Shown here: positions 25,564-35,519 of the stretch, one piece after another
How the letters are laid out: every line of letters begins with the position of its first letter
Position numbering within the stretch: the stretch's first letter is position 1
Assembly: GCA_036479435.1 (NCBI GenBank)
Contig: JAZGFI010000171.1
Span: 1 to 47,435 of the forward strand
Direction of reading: 5' to 3'
DNA from: Planctomycetota bacterium
Lineage (GTDB): Bacteria > Planctomycetota > GCA-002687715 > DRQF01
Length of the DNA stretch: 47,435 nt
The notes under the pieces: generated by a model
Told to the model about the DNA's origin: nothing
What the model saw: the letters and a program-made list of their open reading frames with translations, nothing else
Databases searched by the model: none
Program-made: the position numbers and the translations under genes

Positions 25564-26517
25564 ATGCCGAGACACAACATCGACCCGTTCGCGCAAGACG
25601 ACGAAGACAACGTCGACCGCGAGGTGGACACTTTCAAGAAGGAGCTCGAAAAGGAGGAGGGAAAGGGCGGAGGTGAGGAGGCGCTCGAGCGCCTCAATCC
25701 CCCCGAGGACTACCCGGAGGGGCAAGAGCTGAGTGTCGACGCGGAGGAGCCAACGAAGACTCGCGATGAGAAGCGGGCCGACCGCTCGGGCTTAGAGGCT
25801 GCATTCCAGGGCCAGCGGGACGAGAACGAACGTTTGCAGCGCCGGATGGAAGATATGGAGCGGCGGTTCAGCCAGCCCGCCGAGCCGGGCCCCAGCGTGG
25901 ACGAGGACGACCCCGCGGATTCACAGGTCGAGGCGCTCCAGCAGCAGCAGGCAGACATTCATGCGCTGTGGCAAAAGGGCTACAAGGACATGTCCGAGAG
26001 CGAGCGCGCGACAATGCAAAAGCGCGCACGCAAGGTTGACGGCGCTCTCAAGGAGATCGAGTTCGATCAGATGGCTCGCCGGCGAGGGCTGGCACCGGCT
26101 CGGACCCCGCAGCAAGAAAAGAACGCCCAACTGGCCAACCGGCTCCACTCCGAGAACGCAGACCTCTACGACGACGTGCATGCTCATCAGATCCTTCTCG
26201 GCAACTTCGCCAAAGCGCGGAGAAACGGCGAGGTGGAGTCGATGGCGCTCCACGACCGCGTCGCCGAGGAGACCCGGGCAGAACTGAACATGCCGCTGCG
26301 CGGTGTCCGGCCTGCGCCCACCGAGGGCCAAAAGGCACGGCTGTCCGGAAGGTCCCGTGGCGGTGGCACCAAGGGTTCCAAGGGCTCCATCGCCATGCGC
26401 AAGGAGTATTACGCGATGGCCGATGCCGCCCTCGGACACATCAAAGACCCGGCGAAGCGCTACCGGGCGTGGGCTCAGACGGCCGGCCGTTCCCTGAAGG
26501 AAAACGACGAAGCTTGA
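25564..26517 (+). CDS. capsid scaffolding protein
   Basis: Acidic N-terminus, coiled coil, basic C-terminus; lies upstream of the capsid genes. Confidence 0.7.
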   Translation: MPRHNIDPFAQDDEDNVDREVDTFKKELEKEEGKGGGEEALERLNPPEDYPEGQELSVDAEEPTKTRDEKRADRSGLEAAFQGQRDENERLQRRMEDMERRFSQPAEPGPSVDEDDPADSQVEALQQQQADIHALWQKGYKDMSESERATMQKRARKVDGALKEIEFDQMARRRGLAPARTPQQEKNAQLANRLHSENADLYDDVHAHQILLGNFAKARRNGEVESMALHDRVAEETRAELNMPLRGVRPAPTEGQKARLSGRSRGGGTKGSKGSIAMRKEYYAMADAALGHIKDPAKRYRAWAQTAGRSLKENDEA

Positions 26518-26542
26518 CGCACCGAGCGCACCGCGCTACGGT
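26514..26542 (+). promoter_or_regulatory. capsid-operon promoter TTGACG-17-TACGGT
   Basis: Canonical spacing, followed by a ~110-nt hairpin-rich leader. Confidence 0.6.
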
Positions 26543-26658
26543 TTGTGCATAGCGCAGTTCACTCGCTGAGCGAATAGCGCGACTACGGCTCCCGGTGACC
26601 CGACCGGGCATGTCAGACCCCTGGGGATGAGCGAAATCGCTCATTGAAAGGTCCATGC

Positions 26659-27237
26659 ATGCCCGCCGTACCGAGAACCATACCCGAGATAAGACGAAAG
26701 AGAACAGGCGCGACGCTTCCATCGAAGCGCAGCCCGGAAGCGAGGTCTGTCTACGGGATGCCATCTCGCTTCATGCTCAAGGGCAAGATTCGTGGTCGCC
26801 ACTACGTGTGGGTGTATCGCGGATCCGACGACGCCATCGGTGGATACGAGGGCTCGGGCTACCGCTACGAGCAATGGAACTTCCGTCTCAAGGGCGGGAA
26901 GGTGGAGATTGGACCCAACGACGTGCCTATCAGCATCGGCGTCCATCCCCCTGGCGCTCGTCCGGACAAAACGGCGAACAAGAGCCGAATCCTTATCGGC
27001 GACTTCTACCTGATGAGCTGCTCTGCGCAACGCAAGGCGGACATTGACGAGTACGGTCACGATGGTGACACCGGCCAATACTTTGCCGATGTCGTCGAGG
27101 ACCGGATTATCAAACACAAGGGCGGCACGGACCTTCTGCGAGGCCTAGGAGGTCTGCAGCAGCGTCACGTGGATGTCGAGACGTACGACGAACATGGCAT
27201 GGAACATGGCCACACAAGTCACGAGACACAACTGTAG
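26659..27237 (+). CDS. conserved pre-capsid hypothetical protein
   Basis: GRHYVWV..GY..GDFYLM; AAAGG upstream. Confidence 0.7.
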   Translation: MPAVPRTIPEIRRKRTGATLPSKRSPEARSVYGMPSRFMLKGKIRGRHYVWVYRGSDDAIGGYEGSGYRYEQWNFRLKGGKVEIGPNDVPISIGVHPPGARPDKTANKSRILIGDFYLMSCSAQRKADIDEYGHDGDTGQYFADVVEDRIIKHKGGTDLLRGLGGLQQRHVDVETYDEHGMEHGHTSHETQL

Positions 27238-27252
27238 CGGAGAACTGTAGCG

Positions 27253-27912
27253 ATGGCAGACAACGCAGCTAGATACGGCTTTCGGTGGTCGACCGCGATC
27301 AATGGCCACCCCTGTCCGAAGGGCGTTCCGATGGACGTCGCGTCGGGTCAGGTCTTTACCTTTGACGCGGCTACGGCTGGGCGGCTCCAGTCTGGCGACC
27401 CGGTCTCCCGCATTGCGGGCGGCACGATCGACCACACCGACCCCGGCGCGGCTGTCGGGAACTGGGGCATCGTGGTCGGGATTGGCCACGATGGGAAGGT
27501 GTTCAACTCCTCGATTGGTAACAACGGGGTGCTTCATCCGACGCAGTTCGTCGCCAGCGGCATCGTCCCGCCAAGTATCGACGAGCGTACGATCGTCCTG
27601 GTCGTGCAAGCCGGTGGGGTATTCTGGGAGATCGACGCCGCCCCAGCGTTGACCTCGGGCAAGTCGGACTACTCGGATTGGCAGGCGGTGTTCGGTCTCA
27701 ACGCCGACCACGTGTTCACTGCTCCCGCGGCGTCGGATCTAAACGCCACCCCCGAGCTCGGCATATCAGTCGCCGCACCGGGCGCGGCGATGTGGCGTAT
27801 CGAACGGCTGTCTCCGAATCAGTCCAACGAGGACCTCTCGGGGGAGAATGTCAAGCTGATTGTCACCCTCAACGAAGGCCAAGCGCCTCCTTACCTAACT
27901 GCGAGCATCTAG
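27253..27912 (+). CDS. capsid decoration/cement-type protein
   Basis: MADNAARYGFR..GDPV..GIVVG; immediately before the major capsid gene. Confidence 0.65.
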   Translation: MADNAARYGFRWSTAINGHPCPKGVPMDVASGQVFTFDAATAGRLQSGDPVSRIAGGTIDHTDPGAAVGNWGIVVGIGHDGKVFNSSIGNNGVLHPTQFVASGIVPPSIDERTIVLVVQAGGVFWEIDAAPALTSGKSDYSDWQAVFGLNADHVFTAPAASDLNATPELGISVAAPGAAMWRIERLSPNQSNEDLSGENVKLIVTLNEGQAPPYLTASI

Positions 27913-27924
27913 GAGATAACAACT

Positions 27925-28836
27925 ATGTCCGCAGGAACCGTATTCACCTCCACCATTGCCAACGCACTCAAGCGTACCCTCGAGCTCATCGTTACCGACA
28001 AGGGCTACGAGGACAAACTCGTCATGCCTCGCTGGCTCGATGAGCGGACCATGAGCGACAACTACGAGGACGACCTCGAAGTTGCCGGTCCTGGTCTCGT
28101 AGCCGAGAAGGCCGAGGGCGCCGAGATGCAGCTCGGAACGATCAAGGAAGGCGTCATTACGCGGTACATCGCGCGTACGTTCGCTCTCAAGCTGATCATC
28201 ACCGAGGAGGCCATCGAGGATAACAAGTACGTTCAGGTTATCCAGGCAGCCAAAAGGTTACGCCGAGCGCTTTACAAGACGGTCGACATCGATTCGTCTC
28301 TCATGCTCGTTCGGGCATTCAACACCGACTTCGTGGGCGGTGACGGCCAACCGCTGGGCTCCGCGACTCACACTCTTCCGCATGGGGGCACGTTCTCCAA
28401 CATCATGGCGGCACCCATGTCGCCGTCGCGTGCCTCCGTCATTCTTGCGACCTCGCAGCTGCGCAAGCTGCCTGGTCATGACGGGGTGATCGAGGGCTAC
28501 GAGCCCACCAAAGCGGTCTACCCCGTGGACCAGTGGGGCGATTGGAGCGTGATCCTGAAGAGCCCGTTTGCTCCCGAGCAGAACGAGTTCAACGCGATCA
28601 ACGTGGTCAACCGCGAGCTGTCGATCACGCCGGTGTCCAACAAGTACTGGTCGAACACCACGACCAACTGGGCGCTCTTGACGGACTGCGACTACCCGCT
28701 CAACTGGAGATGGCGTCGTAAGCCCCGCTCGCGCACGTGGGTTGACAACGATCAAGAGCTCATGAAGCACGGGATCTCCGCTCGCTGGGCGCGCGGTTGG
28801 TCAGACCCTCGCTGTTTCTACGGCGTCAACGCATAG
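27925..28836 (+). CDS. major capsid protein
   Basis: 303 aa; KAEG..ITEEAIEDNKY..GGDGQPL.SATH..RW..GWSDPR..YG; AGGAG RBS. Confidence 0.88.
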   Translation: MSAGTVFTSTIANALKRTLELIVTDKGYEDKLVMPRWLDERTMSDNYEDDLEVAGPGLVAEKAEGAEMQLGTIKEGVITRYIARTFALKLIITEEAIEDNKYVQVIQAAKRLRRALYKTVDIDSSLMLVRAFNTDFVGGDGQPLGSATHTLPHGGTFSNIMAAPMSPSRASVILATSQLRKLPGHDGVIEGYEPTKAVYPVDQWGDWSVILKSPFAPEQNEFNAINVVNRELSITPVSNKYWSNTTTNWALLTDCDYPLNWRWRRKPRSRTWVDNDQELMKHGISARWARGWSDPRCFYGVNA

Positions 28837-28866
28837 AGGCTAAGCGCCTCGGGGACGGGAGGCACC

Positions 28867-29166
28867 ATGCGAAGTGTAGGCAGGAAAAGACCGTCCGCTT
28901 CCCCGCCCGGGGACTTCCAGGCGCTGTGCGACCAGTGTGGCGTCCAGTGGTACCGGTATCGTCTTCGCCGGGATGCGTCGGGGTTCCTGACGTGTCCCGA
29001 CGACAAGGACGTGGGGCACGACTCGGTCACGCTCTCGCGGGAGAACGCGGCGAGCGCGGCACGTCCCCGCGGCATCCGGGCGAACAATGACGGCGGGAAC
29101 TACGACCAGACTGATATCGAAGAGGAGGGCGTGCACTTCAACAACGCCGAGGAGGCTGGGCTATGA
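28867..29166 (+). CDS. small Cys-containing post-capsid protein
   Basis: CDQCG..LRRD..GFLTCP. Confidence 0.7.
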   Translation: MRSVGRKRPSASPPGDFQALCDQCGVQWYRYRLRRDASGFLTCPDDKDVGHDSVTLSRENAASAARPRGIRANNDGGNYDQTDIEEEGVHFNNAEEAGL

Positions 29167-29885
29167 CTGTATCGACCAGCGTAGGGCGCAAGTTCACGAT
29201 CGACACGATCATCACGATCGCGTTTCGGCGTGCGGGCCTCGTCTCGATCACCCAGACGCCGCGGACAGCCGAGACCCAGCACGGCCGACTCGTGCTCGAG
29301 GAGATCACCGACGAGCTCGCTGTGTTCGGGACGTTTGCTCGGGTGTCGACTTTTATCAACGTCGCCATCACGCAGGGCACGACACGTTACGACCTCCCGT
29401 CCGATGTACTCGACCTGCTGTCGCCGGCCATGTACATCGACCCGACGAACGACGACGTCGACCGGGCCGACGGAGAGACGCCCATCGACTTGGTGCGCGA
29501 GGAGGAGTGGACGCGCTACAGTTCCAAGGCGGCATCCGGGCGCCCGGTCAAGATGTACGCAGACCGCTCGGCCACGGACGACATCGTCACGGCAGTGCTT
29601 TGGCCCGTGCCAGACGAGGCCGGGGCCACGGTTCGCTTCTTCGTCCAGCGCCGGCTCGCGGACACCGACGACGGTGGCGCGACGCTGGACCTGCAGACCT
29701 ACTGGAACTCCTACATCATCTCCAGGCTTGCCGCCCGGCTCGCTATGGACAGTTCACTCGAAGCCCGTGCTGCTTCCCTGGATTCCGTGGCTGAGCGTCA
29801 GCTTCTATACGCACGGGGCATGGCCAACGAGCGCTCAGGCAATCAGATCTACGTAGACCACGACACTGGGAGCTGGCATGCCTAA
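29163..29885 (+). CDS. head-tail adaptor / tail tubular protein A-like
   Basis: IITIAFRRAG..GTTRYDLP..GRP..LWPVPD..LAARLA. Confidence 0.75.
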   Translation: MTVSTSVGRKFTIDTIITIAFRRAGLVSITQTPRTAETQHGRLVLEEITDELAVFGTFARVSTFINVAITQGTTRYDLPSDVLDLLSPAMYIDPTNDDVDRADGETPIDLVREEEWTRYSSKAASGRPVKMYADRSATDDIVTAVLWPVPDEAGATVRFFVQRRLADTDDGGATLDLQTYWNSYIISRLAARLAMDSSLEARAASLDSVAERQLLYARGMANERSGNQIYVDHDTGSWHA

Positions 29886-30744
29886 CTTGTTACCGAACGG
29901 CATCGGTGGGCTCGTCGCCGACGACCTCATCACTGCTAAGAACTTGCAGCTCTCGAGTCCCGCGCGGATCTGGTACGTCGATTCGGTGACAGGGGACAGT
30001 GGGAACAGCGGCAAGGATCGCAAGTTCCCCAAGGACACGATCGACAACGCTTTGACGGCGACGGGTGGTGGCGACGACGAGATCATCGTTTGCCTGTCCA
30101 CGCACAAAGAGGAGATCTCCTCGGAGATCAACATCTTCTCTGCGATCACCATCGTGGGCGAGGGCGCGACCGCGGGCGTTCCGGATGTGGAGCTCACTTT
30201 GGCATCGGCCGCGACCAACATGTTCTCGTTCAATCAGAGCCTCGGGTGCATCGACATACGAAACCTGCACTTCATGCCCCCGGGCAACGCAGCCTCGCCG
30301 GCGACCAGTACCGGCTCCTACATCGTGGGCAATCAGCCTGCATGCCGGGTCCTCGGGTGCCACTTTGATTTCGACGAGTTCAACGGAGACGACGGCATCA
30401 TCATGACGTCGGGCGCAGACTACTGGACGTACGAGAACTGCGTTTTCACGAACGTTGACGAGACCGACCCGGTGGTCGACCGGCCCCGGCCTGCGGTCCG
30501 CATCGATGGCGGCTCTCCCCTCAAGCGGCTCATCATGTGTGGGTGCACGTTCGACGGTGGCATCCACGGGTTTGACGACGGCAGCCAGAACCCTTATGCA
30601 TTCGACGGATCGATCCAGGTCGTCAATCAGGTCCGCATTCTGCGAATGAGCCTGCTTCGCGGAGCTGACTTCAAGTTGCACGCGGACTCGACCGGTTACG
30701 TCGAGGTTACTCTGGCCACGGGCCACGCGAAGGTGGAGTGGTAG
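29878..30744 (+). CDS. beta-helix (pectin-lyase-like) virion protein
   Basis: WYVDSVTGDSGNSG..PKDTIDNAL..ITIVGEG plus repeating C-x-F strands. Confidence 0.7.
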   Translation: MPNLLPNGIGGLVADDLITAKNLQLSSPARIWYVDSVTGDSGNSGKDRKFPKDTIDNALTATGGGDDEIIVCLSTHKEEISSEINIFSAITIVGEGATAGVPDVELTLASAATNMFSFNQSLGCIDIRNLHFMPPGNAASPATSTGSYIVGNQPACRVLGCHFDFDEFNGDDGIIMTSGADYWTYENCVFTNVDETDPVVDRPRPAVRIDGGSPLKRLIMCGCTFDGGIHGFDDGSQNPYAFDGSIQVVNQVRILRMSLLRGADFKLHADSTGYVEVTLATGHAKVEW

Positions 30745-30745
30745 C

Positions 30746-32407
30746 ATGCACCTCGTATCCGCACTCGCATCAGGGATCGCCGGAGCCGAGAACGGCCAGG
30801 CCACGTTCACCTTTCGCGGCACAGGTACACCGACGACAGTGTTCCGGGACTTCGAGGGACAGGACCCGGTCTCCTCGGGTGACGCGGTTGACCTAGATGC
30901 CAACGGTGGCGCCGAGGTCTACGTCGATGTCCTAGCGACGGTTACGGTAAAAAGCTCCATCGGCACCACGGTCCGCGAGTTCGTGGCCGGGTACTCTTCT
31001 CCGGGCATCGAGCTACGCAGCCAGTCGTTCACCGGCCAGGCGTACGACGACGGGTCGGGCCAGACTATCACGGGGACCGCCCAGCCCACGACCATACAGT
31101 CAGCCATGGACAAGTGGCTCGACACGAACGGGGCTGTCGACTGGCAGATCCTGGATGCAGACGGGAATGTGTCGAGCATCCCCGACGCTCTGTCTGGCGC
31201 TACGGGGTTATTCATCAACCCCCGGTCGTCGGAGTACGGGGCGGAAGGTGACGGCGTCAACAACGACCTGCCCGCGCTGGATGCAGCGACAGCGGATGCC
31301 GCTCTCATCGATGGAACAATCGTGCTTCCGCACGGTACCTACCGCATCGTGGACACGTGGGTAATCCCCTCGAACGTGAGCATCTTTGGCCTCGGCGCTA
31401 CCTCGGTTGCCGTCGCCATCGACAACGCTGCGGATGCGAATGCGGTGTCTGTCACCGCGCCCACCTTGCAGGACGTATTCCGGACGCAGTTTATCGAGGG
31501 GTTTCGGATAGAGGCCCAGCAGGCGAACGCGGGTGTTGGCTTGCTGCTCGATGGTCCGGCCACGGTCCTAAAGGACATCTCAATCGGTAGCCTAAACTCG
31601 TTCATGACCGGCCACTCGATTGGGCTCACGGGCGTGGTGGGTGACTTCGTGCATATGGACAACGTGCGCGTTGACCATCATGGGCTCACGTCGCAGCTTG
31701 TCGACGCCCCTGACGCGAACTGGCAGGGGATCCTACGCGCATCCAAGTGCTACTTTCGCTACACGGGGAGCGTTGTTGACTCGCGTGGTATCGAGATGCA
31801 CAGCGGGAACGTCTCTGAGTCCACATTCGATAACAGTTCTGTGGCTACGGGCTCCACTGTCAGTAACGTTCATGCGACGGGCGACGATAGTACAGTGGCC
31901 GTCCAGGGGTGCAAGTTCATCGCGGGGGGCGACTCGGATCTCGTAACACCTATGCGGACCGCGCCCTTTCTGCCCTTGGTCACCGGTACGTTCCACGAGT
32001 CAGACAACATTTACGTCGGGGAGTTCGATTTCCAAGCCAGCATCGGTTTCGCCAACAGATCACAGGCAATCGTCCTAAGTGCCCGACACAGGCGGGATAC
32101 GGATCTTGTCAGTACAGGGGCCGGGGCTGGAGTTTTTGACGGTACCGGATTCGACTCGCAGTACGTCGAGCGGCAAACAACGGGCAACTGGAGCTTCGGC
32201 TTCACCAACGACGGCAACGAGGGGTACGTCTTCACGACGATCGTGAGGAACAACGCGGGCGGAAACATCAACGTCACTCCGGACAACGGCACGAATAGCT
32301 TCACGATCGCCGACGGCAAGGTCGGGGTGTTTCAGCACATAAGCATGGACATAGGCGGGACTAAGAGGTGGTGGCCGCTGGCTGAGCCGTACGAGAGCAC
32401 CTTCTAA
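30746..32407 (+). CDS. tailspike with pectate-lyase-like beta helix
   Basis: N-terminal attachment domain; YGAEGDGVNNDLPALDAA..IVLPHGTYRI. Confidence 0.85.
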   Translation: MHLVSALASGIAGAENGQATFTFRGTGTPTTVFRDFEGQDPVSSGDAVDLDANGGAEVYVDVLATVTVKSSIGTTVREFVAGYSSPGIELRSQSFTGQAYDDGSGQTITGTAQPTTIQSAMDKWLDTNGAVDWQILDADGNVSSIPDALSGATGLFINPRSSEYGAEGDGVNNDLPALDAATADAALIDGTIVLPHGTYRIVDTWVIPSNVSIFGLGATSVAVAIDNAADANAVSVTAPTLQDVFRTQFIEGFRIEAQQANAGVGLLLDGPATVLKDISIGSLNSFMTGHSIGLTGVVGDFVHMDNVRVDHHGLTSQLVDAPDANWQGILRASKCYFRYTGSVVDSRGIEMHSGNVSESTFDNSSVATGSTVSNVHATGDDSTVAVQGCKFIAGGDSDLVTPMRTAPFLPLVTGTFHESDNIYVGEFDFQASIGFANRSQAIVLSARHRRDTDLVSTGAGAGVFDGTGFDSQYVERQTTGNWSFGFTNDGNEGYVFTTIVRNNAGGNINVTPDNGTNSFTIADGKVGVFQHISMDIGGTKRWWPLAEPYESTF

Positions 32408-33939
32408 TGCCCCCACCGGTTCGACCAGTCCAGGAGGCCATCCCCTTCGTGCCGGACCAGGCCTCGGGGCTGGACGTCCTGCGAGGGGCCTCGCCGTCGG
32501 CGATCAACGTGATCATCGACCGCAATGGCACGGTGAGGCGTCGCCCGGGCATCGATACAACGACCATTGGCCCCGAGGATGGGCTGGCTGACGAAATCAT
32601 TGGCCTGCATAGCACCGCGACCGGTCGCAACTACGCGCTTTCGGTTGGATCTTTTCCGGGCAAGGTCGAGGTGCATGAGCTGTTCGAGGGCAGCTCAGCA
32701 GCGTACGGATCGTTCCTGGGCAAGACGCGGCCCGTTATTACGGAGACCGAGGCGATGCTTGTGATCGCCTCGTCGCTGGACCCCGAGAAGGTGCTGTTTG
32801 ACACGAACGAAGTCGATGCGCTTGAAGGCAGCCCGCCATCAGGCAGCCACGTGATCACGAACAGCTCCCGGCTCTTGCTCAACGATGCCATCACGGACAA
32901 GACGCGGGTCTTCTTCTCTGCGCCCGCGCTGGGCACCTCGATCACCGGGCACGAGACGTGGAACGACCCGCTCACGAGTGGCTCATTCGTGGCCGAGGGT
33001 GCCATCGACCCGGTCGTGGCGATCACGCAGAACTCTAACGAGGTGTGGGTCTTCGGGACCCAGAGTCTGCAGACTTTTCAGACCGACGCGACGCTGGTCT
33101 ACGTGTCGCAGGCGACCATGGAGTTCGGGTGCGCTACGCCGTTCGGGATCATCAAACGAGACCAGGAGTTCGCGTGGCTGGACGACAAGCGGCGCTTCAT
33201 CCGCAGCGATGGTCGCGATGCCGAGCCGTTCTCCCAGCCGATCCAGCAGACACTCGAGGAGCTCGAGCGGGTGGACGACTGCTTCGGCTACCGGGTGGTG
33301 ACCGGGCCCATCGACGCTTACGTGTGGTCCTTCCCCACCGACGGCCGGTCGCTCGTCTATCAGGTCGGCGGTGGCTGGTCGACGTGGATGAGCTACGACG
33401 ACGGCCTCGCCAACTGGGTGCCGCTTGTGGTCACGGCCCACACATTCGTCCTCAACTCGAACGACAACCTGGTCGGGCTGGCTGATGGCCGACTGGGCGT
33501 TCTGCGCAACGGTGTCAACACGGACCTCGGTGCGCGTATCCCGGCCTACATCGAGACCGGGTTTATCGACCGGGGCAGCGACAGCCGAAAGAACTGCATC
33601 GCGGTGAGGGTTGCGCTTCGGCGCGGGAACACTCCGGCGGTGATCTCCCCGGCCGAGGTGGTGGACTACGCCGGGCCGGAGTGCCAGACCCCGTCGGGCA
33701 CCCCGGACGACGTCAGCGTGGCGGAGGAGCCGTTCGGCACCCTCACCTACCGGGACGACGAAGGCGCGTGGCGCACGCCGTTCCCGCTCTCCTTGGGGAA
33801 GAGTGGCGATCGGCAGATCGTTATCACCATCCGCAGCCTGGGCATTTATCAGCGCCGACAATGGCGGATCACCTTCCACGGTACCAGCGACTTTGTGCTC
33901 GCTGGCGTGACCGAGGAGTATCTCGTACTGAATAACTAG
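32407..33939 (+). CDS. tail hub / DNA stabilisation protein (P22 gp10-like)
   Basis: RRRPG..FVAEGAIDPVVAI..VWVFG..GC..LG.SG..RSLG..RQWRI. Confidence 0.8.
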   Translation: MPPPVRPVQEAIPFVPDQASGLDVLRGASPSAINVIIDRNGTVRRRPGIDTTTIGPEDGLADEIIGLHSTATGRNYALSVGSFPGKVEVHELFEGSSAAYGSFLGKTRPVITETEAMLVIASSLDPEKVLFDTNEVDALEGSPPSGSHVITNSSRLLLNDAITDKTRVFFSAPALGTSITGHETWNDPLTSGSFVAEGAIDPVVAITQNSNEVWVFGTQSLQTFQTDATLVYVSQATMEFGCATPFGIIKRDQEFAWLDDKRRFIRSDGRDAEPFSQPIQQTLEELERVDDCFGYRVVTGPIDAYVWSFPTDGRSLVYQVGGGWSTWMSYDDGLANWVPLVVTAHTFVLNSNDNLVGLADGRLGVLRNGVNTDLGARIPAYIETGFIDRGSDSRKNCIAVRVALRRGNTPAVISPAEVVDYAGPECQTPSGTPDDVSVAEEPFGTLTYRDDEGAWRTPFPLSLGKSGDRQIVITIRSLGIYQRRQWRITFHGTSDFVLAGVTEEYLVLNN

Positions 33940-33947
33940 GAGTCCCC

Positions 33948-34391
33948 ATGTTCACCGCAACACTAGTCGCTGCCCTCGTCGCCGCCGGCGTAGCCACCGC
34001 CAAAGCTATCGGCAAGGGGGTCCAAGCCAAGCGCCAGCGCGAGTCACGAGAGAAAGAACAAAAGCGACACCTGTCGGCCGCGGAACAAGTGAGCCAGCAA
34101 ACAGAGCGGTATCGCGGACAGTACAGGGAAAAGCAGATGGTCGGGATGCAGCATCAGTTTGAGCAGATGCAGCCCTTGCAGGATGCCATGATGCGAGCGT
34201 ACGGGGGCACCGCTGGCTACCAGGCGCCGGACATGTCCTGGCTTATGAACCCGCCGGAGACGCGAGCCAACGTGAGGAATGAGCCGGAGCGTAAAGTCAA
34301 GGCGAAGAAGGCAACCGCGTCGACGGCCGCCAGAGATCCGAAGGCCTACACTGGCCCCGGGCACGCTGCACCTCAGCAGGGGCCCCGCTAG
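33948..34391 (+). CDS. putative ejection/pilot protein
   Basis: Hydrophobic Ala-rich N-terminus, Gln-rich; follows the tail hub gene. Confidence 0.65.
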   Translation: MFTATLVAALVAAGVATAKAIGKGVQAKRQRESREKEQKRHLSAAEQVSQQTERYRGQYREKQMVGMQHQFEQMQPLQDAMMRAYGGTAGYQAPDMSWLMNPPETRANVRNEPERKVKAKKATASTAARDPKAYTGPGHAAPQQGPR

Positions 34392-34400
34392 GAGTACACC

Positions 34401-35516
34401 ATGCCATTGCTATCGGGACTCAGAGAGAAAGTACAACCTCAGCGCGCTCCCATGCCGACGTACGAGGCCCGGCCGGTACCTCCGCCAGACCGTGCCCGTG
34501 GGCCGGAGGCCACGAGCACAACGACAGTCACGCCTGGCAAGGTGAAGAGCAAAGCCGGAATCGCGGTGGCGAAGCAGAAGAAGGCGGACGAGGAGGCAGC
34601 GGCGGCGGCGCAGGTAGGCTTCGGTGGTGGTGACCCCCTCGATCCGCACAGCGCTCCCACGCTCGAGGACTTCTTCCAGAGGTTCGGCCCGGGGTTCATG
34701 GACCCAACCCAGACCGGCCAGCTCGCGGAACGCGGACCCGGCCGGGGCCAGCAGCAGATACAGCGCTCCATGGGGAAGTTCAACATGCCGTCTGCGTCCG
34801 AGCAGCAGTTCGCTGCCGCGCAGGAAGGTGGCGCGGGACTCGACCCGTACTATGAGCAGGCGAGGGAGCAGACCATGGCCTCGATGGACCAGGCGCTTGC
34901 TGCTCGTGGGGCCTTCGGCAGCTCGATGGGCATCGGGCAGATCGGCCAGGCCATGGCACAGCTCGGTGCCGAACAGGCCAACCGTGAGGCTGACTTCATG
35001 CAGCAGGCTGCGCAACAAGCGGACGCGCAGAAGCTCGCCCGGTTGGGCATGGGCGGAGAGTTGGCCCTCGCCGGGGAGCGCCAAGGCCTTGAGACCGCGA
35101 TGGGTGCCGATGCCATTGGCCAGGCCCAGTTCGCAACCGGCGCCAACGTGGCAATGGCAACGCAGGCAGCGAAGCAGGGGCGGATTCAGGACTGGCTCGG
35201 TAACGTCATGGCGACGTCAGGCATGGGCGCAGATCAAGTGGCCGACGCCTGGTCGAACATGCAGGGAGCCGACCGAGAGATGTTCGAGCAGCAAATGATG
35301 CTGGAGCTCGGGCTCTCCAAGGAGCAGCTCAATCAACTGCTCTCCAACCAGGCCCAGGGACGCGAGACCCTTGACCAGGTCATGGGGGCGCTCGGCGAAG
35401 CCGCCGAGGCCGGGGGCAATGTCGCTACCGGAATCGCGGGAGGTGCGGGAGGTGGTGGTGGTGGTGGCAGGGTCGTACGAGGTGGCACCGCTGCACCTCA
35501 GCAAGGGAACCGCTAG
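34401..35516 (+). CDS. putative ejection (DNA transfer) protein
   Basis: A/Q/G/M-rich; LAARGAFGSS. Confidence 0.7.
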   Translation: MPLLSGLREKVQPQRAPMPTYEARPVPPPDRARGPEATSTTTVTPGKVKSKAGIAVAKQKKADEEAAAAAQVGFGGGDPLDPHSAPTLEDFFQRFGPGFMDPTQTGQLAERGPGRGQQQIQRSMGKFNMPSASEQQFAAAQEGGAGLDPYYEQAREQTMASMDQALAARGAFGSSMGIGQIGQAMAQLGAEQANREADFMQQAAQQADAQKLARLGMGGELALAGERQGLETAMGADAIGQAQFATGANVAMATQAAKQGRIQDWLGNVMATSGMGADQVADAWSNMQGADREMFEQQMMLELGLSKEQLNQLLSNQAQGRETLDQVMGALGEAAEAGGNVATGIAGGAGGGGGGGRVVRGGTAAPQQGNR

Positions 35517-35519
35517 GCC

